From Chlamydiae bacterium RIFCSPHIGHO2_12_FULL_49_11 (GTDB taxonomy: Bacteria > Chlamydiota > Chlamydiia > Chlamydiales > 2-12-FULL-49-11): DNA of 28,281 nt. Of the stretch, positions 25,290-28,281 are shown in pieces. The stretch covers positions 48,616 to 76,896 of the forward strand of contig MGLW01000020.1 of the NCBI GenBank assembly GCA_001794905.1, written 5' to 3'. Both the position numbers and the translations under genes were made by a program. How positions within the stretch are numbered: the first letter of the stretch is position 1; each line of letters begins with the position of its first letter. The notes under the pieces are model-generated. The model searched no databases and was not told the DNA's origin. It saw only the letters and a program-made list of their open reading frames with translations.

Positions 25290-27854
25290 ATGTTCGACAA
25301 GTTCACAAATCGTGCCAAACAGGTGATCAAACTCGCTAAACGCGAGGCGCAGCGCCTAAACCACAATTACTTAGGAACGGAGCATATCTTACTCGGCCTC
25401 CTCAAATTGGGCCAAGGTATTGCCGTTAACGTCCTCAAAACGATGAACATCGAGTACGATACCATCTTGGCCGAAGTGGAACTCATCGTCGGTTACGGCC
25501 CTGAAATCCAGGTCTATGGCGATCCCGCCCTCACCTCAAAAGTAAAGAAAGTTTTTGAATATGCCAACGAAGAAGCTCTCGCCCTCAATCACAACTATGT
25601 CGGAACTGAACACCTCCTGCTTGCCCTCATCCGCCAGACCGACGGCGTTGCTGCCCAAATTCTCGAAAACTTGAATGTGAACCTGAAAGACATCCGGAAA
25701 GAAATTTTAAAAGAACTCGAATCGTTCAATCTCCAGGTTCCCCCCGTTTCGATGGGTGGACAAAAAAGGGAAAGCAGCCAGGAACGCATATCCCAAACTT
25801 CTGCCGGCGGAAGCGAAAAAATCCATGCGCTGAAAGCCTACGGTCACGACCTTACCGAAATGTGCAAGGAAGGACAACTCGATCCCGTGATCGGGCGTAA
25901 AAACGAGGTGGAGAGGCTGATTCTTATTTTGTGCCGCCGCCGGAAAAACAACCCTGTCCTGATCGGGGAAGCGGGCGTCGGGAAAACGGCGATTGTCGAA
26001 GGGCTTGCCCATGCCATTGTGAAAGGGGAAGTGCCCGAAACTCTCGCCAAGAAAAAACTGATTTCGCTCGATCTGACCCTCATGATTGCCGGAACCAAGT
26101 ACCGCGGCCAATTTGAAGAGAGGATCAAAGCGGTGATGGACGAGGTGAAAAAACACGGAAACATCCTCCTCTTCATCGACGAAATGCACACGATCGTCGG
26201 CGCCGGTGCTGCCGAAGGGGCGATCGACGCTTCCAACATTCTCAAGCCGGCTCTCTCTCGGGGCGAAATCCAGTGTATCGGCGCTACTACTCTCGATGAA
26301 TACCGCAAACATATCGAAAAAGACGCCGCCCTCGAAAGGCGTTTCCAGAAAATTCTGGTGGCACCGCCGAAAAATGAAGAGGCAATCCAGATATTGATGG
26401 GGCTCAAACCGAAATACGAAGCTCACCACAACTGCATCTACACCGACGAAGCAATCCGCGAAGCGGTGGTCATGTCCGACCGGTATGTGATCGGGCGATT
26501 TTTGCCCGACAAAGCGATCGACCTCATTGACGAGGCCGGCGCCAAGGCCCGCATTTCGGTGATGCACCAGCCGACGGAATTTGTCGACATGGAAGCGGAG
26601 ATCCAGCGTCTGAAAACCTCCAAAGAGGAAGCGATCAACCAGCAAGAATATGAAAAAGCTGCCAACCTCCGCGACCAGGAAAAACACCTCCGCGAAGAGT
26701 TTGAAACGAAAAAAATTGATTGGGAAAAGAAAAAGAACGACCAGAAAGTGATTGTTGACGTGGAGGACATTGCTTCTATCGTCTCCAAACAGACGGGTAT
26801 CCCCGTTTCACGACTCACCGAAGAAGAGACGTTAAAAATTCTCAAAATGGAAGAAACCCTCGCCAAACACATTATCGGGCAAGCCGAGCCGATTACTATC
26901 GTGTGCCGCGCGCTGCGCCGTTCTCGTGCCGACATCAAAGATCCCAACCGTCCGATCGGGGCTTTCCTCTTCCTCGGTCCCACCGGCGTCGGGAAAACTC
27001 TCCTTGCCCGCAATCTCGCCAAACACCTTTTCGGAGGGGAGGACGCTCTCATTCAGGTCGACATGTCGGAGTATATGGAAAAATTCGCCGTCAGCCGCAT
27101 GACCGGCTCACCGCCCGGGTATGTTGGATATGAAGAAGGGGGCCAGCTCACAGAACAGGTTCGTCGCCGTCCTTACTCGGTTGTTCTCTTCGACGAAGTG
27201 GAAAAGGCGCACCCCGATGTGATGAATCTTCTCTTGCAAATTCTGGAAGAAGGGCGTGTCACCGATTCCCTGGGACGCAAGATTGACTTCCGCAACACTA
27301 TTATTGTCATGACCTCCAACCTCGGTTCCGACCTCATCCGCAAATCAACCGAAATGGGTTTTGGTGCGAGCATTGACCAGATCGATTACGATAAAATGAA
27401 AGAGATGATTGACAAAGCCGTCAAGAAACACTTCAAACCGGAATTTCTCAACCGTCTCGACGGGGTGGTGATCTTCAAATCGTTCGACCGTCAGGAGCTT
27501 ATGCAAATCGTACAGCTCGAAATTCACAAACTCCAAGACCGCCTCGCCAAACGTGGCGTCTACATCACACTGGGAGAAAGTGCAATCAGCTATCTCATCG
27601 AGAAAGGGTATCAACCTGAAATGGGAGCAAGGCCGCTCCGTCGTGTTGTCGAGCAGTACCTCGAAGACCCCCTTGCGGAAAGACTGCTCCAAGATCCGAA
27701 ATTTGGCGGCATGATTGTCATCCAGAAGAGCGAGACGGGCGATCTATCCTTTGTCCCCGAAGCAAAAGAAGAAGAGCCTTCCAAGGAACCGATCGAAGCG
27801 GCTCCCAAAGGGACGACGGTCGCAACCAAAACACGGAAAAAGAAAGAAAGTTAA
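25290..27854 (+). CDS. clpC: ATP-dependent Clp protease ATP-binding subunit ClpC
   Basis: Two Clp-N repeats ([14 protein letters not shown]), Walker A motifs GEAGVGKT and [11 protein letters not shown] middle domain ([11 protein letters not shown]), MGF ClpP-binding loop and GARPLRR. Confidence 0.97.
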   Translation: MFDKFTNRAKQVIKLAKREAQRLNHNYLGTEHILLGLLKLGQGIAVNVLKTMNIEYDTILAEVELIVGYGPEIQVYGDPALTSKVKKVFEYANEEALALNHNYVGTEHLLLALIRQTDGVAAQILENLNVNLKDIRKEILKELESFNLQVPPVSMGGQKRESSQERISQTSAGGSEKIHALKAYGHDLTEMCKEGQLDPVIGRKNEVERLILILCRRRKNNPVLIGEAGVGKTAIVEGLAHAIVKGEVPETLAKKKLISLDLTLMIAGTKYRGQFEERIKAVMDEVKKHGNILLFIDEMHTIVGAGAAEGAIDASNILKPALSRGEIQCIGATTLDEYRKHIEKDAALERRFQKILVAPPKNEEAIQILMGLKPKYEAHHNCIYTDEAIREAVVMSDRYVIGRFLPDKAIDLIDEAGAKARISVMHQPTEFVDMEAEIQRLKTSKEEAINQQEYEKAANLRDQEKHLREEFETKKIDWEKKKNDQKVIVDVEDIASIVSKQTGIPVSRLTEEETLKILKMEETLAKHIIGQAEPITIVCRALRRSRADIKDPNRPIGAFLFLGPTGVGKTLLARNLAKHLFGGEDALIQVDMSEYMEKFAVSRMTGSPPGYVGYEEGGQLTEQVRRRPYSVVLFDEVEKAHPDVMNLLLQILEEGRVTDSLGRKIDFRNTIIVMTSNLGSDLIRKSTEMGFGASIDQIDYDKMKEMIDKAVKKHFKPEFLNRLDGVVIFKSFDRQELMQIVQLEIHKLQDRLAKRGVYITLGESAISYLIEKGYQPEMGARPLRRVVEQYLEDPLAERLLQDPKFGGMIVIQKSETGDLSFVPEAKEEEPSKEPIEAAPKGTTVATKTRKKKES

Positions 27855-27859
27855 TGATG

Positions 27860-28249
27860 CTATACAAGGGCGGGAACGAGCGTTGATTCCCATTCTTTGA
27901 CGGCATTCATGAGTTCACGTTTCCCAGGCTTTCTTTCCAGAAAAGAGATGTTTTCTTCTTTGCTAGAAAAGTGGGCAATTTTAGCAAGTAGGCTGAGGTG
28001 GCGCTTGTCGTCACAGGCAAAAAGGAAGAACAGGGTATGCACGGGACGATGGTCCATCGCGCCCCAATCGATCGGCCGGTCCAGGTATACCACATAAATC
28101 ACATCAAAAAGGCCGTCGAGCAAAAACTCACGCGTATGGGGCACTGCTACACCATTTGTGAGCGCGGTGGGCATCAGTTTTTCCCGCTCGAGAAAGTGAC
28201 CCTTGAGCATCTCGACATCCAGCTTAAGATCCTCTGCCGCTCGTGAGAT
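27860..28249 (-). CDS. ptsN: PTS IIA (Ntr/Fru-type) protein, 5'-truncated at the window end
   Basis: REKLMPTALTNGVAVPH (phospho-His), IDWGAMD and HLSLLAKIA; the frame stays open upstream to about 28249 (ISRAAEDLKLDVEML). Confidence 0.85.
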   Translation of the reverse strand: MSRAAEDLKLDVEMLKGHFLEREKLMPTALTNGVAVPHTREFLLDGLFDVIYVVYLDRPIDWGAMDHRPVHTLFFLFACDDKRHLSLLAKIAHFSSKEENISFLERKPGKRELMNAVKEWESTLVPALV

Positions 28250-28281
28250 GTTTTCTTCTTTGCTAGAAAAGAAGAAAACAT
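28245..28281. repeat. Terminal 27-bp duplication of 27945-27971 with fold-back; probable assembly or library artefact
   Basis: GAGATGTTTTCTTCTTTGCTAGAAAAG recurs exactly 300 bp later and continues into its own reverse complement at the last bases. Confidence 0.75.

Noticed and set aside
25707-27052. Long antisense ORFs over clpC (and similar ones over dnaA, ftsI, lplA and the 1464-aa gene)
   Set aside because: These are shadow frames of well-supported genes, with no recognisable motifs or expression signals.

Overview
The window looks like a chromosomal segment of an environmental member of the Chlamydiae (inferred from gene content and order), probably ending at a contig end. Its conserved backbone follows the C. 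trachomatis CT270-CT291 order as I recall it: ftsI, ftsL, rsmH (plus mraZ), CT273-like, CT274-like TPR chaperone, dnaA2, gcvH, CT283-like, lplA, clpC, ptsN. Single accessory genes are inserted into this backbone: two protein-glutaminase-like paralogs (one runs off the left edge and is absent from the ORF track), a YopT/C58-like cysteine protease between ftsL and ftsI, a further papain-like protein, a Ser/Thr kinase with a WNK-like lysine arrangement, and orphans. The main observations are: (1) rsmH is split at a T9 run and needs one extra base or a -1 shift; (2) about 11 genes have a -10-like hexamer only 6-10 nt before the ATG, mostly without a Shine-Dalgarno, which suggests widespread leaderless mRNAs; (3) a palindromic MITE-like element occurs as a 164 bp and a 74 bp copy, both at stop codons; (4) oppositely oriented MraZ-box pairs flank the mraZ promoter. 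All family assignments are by-eye motif recognition; no searches were run.
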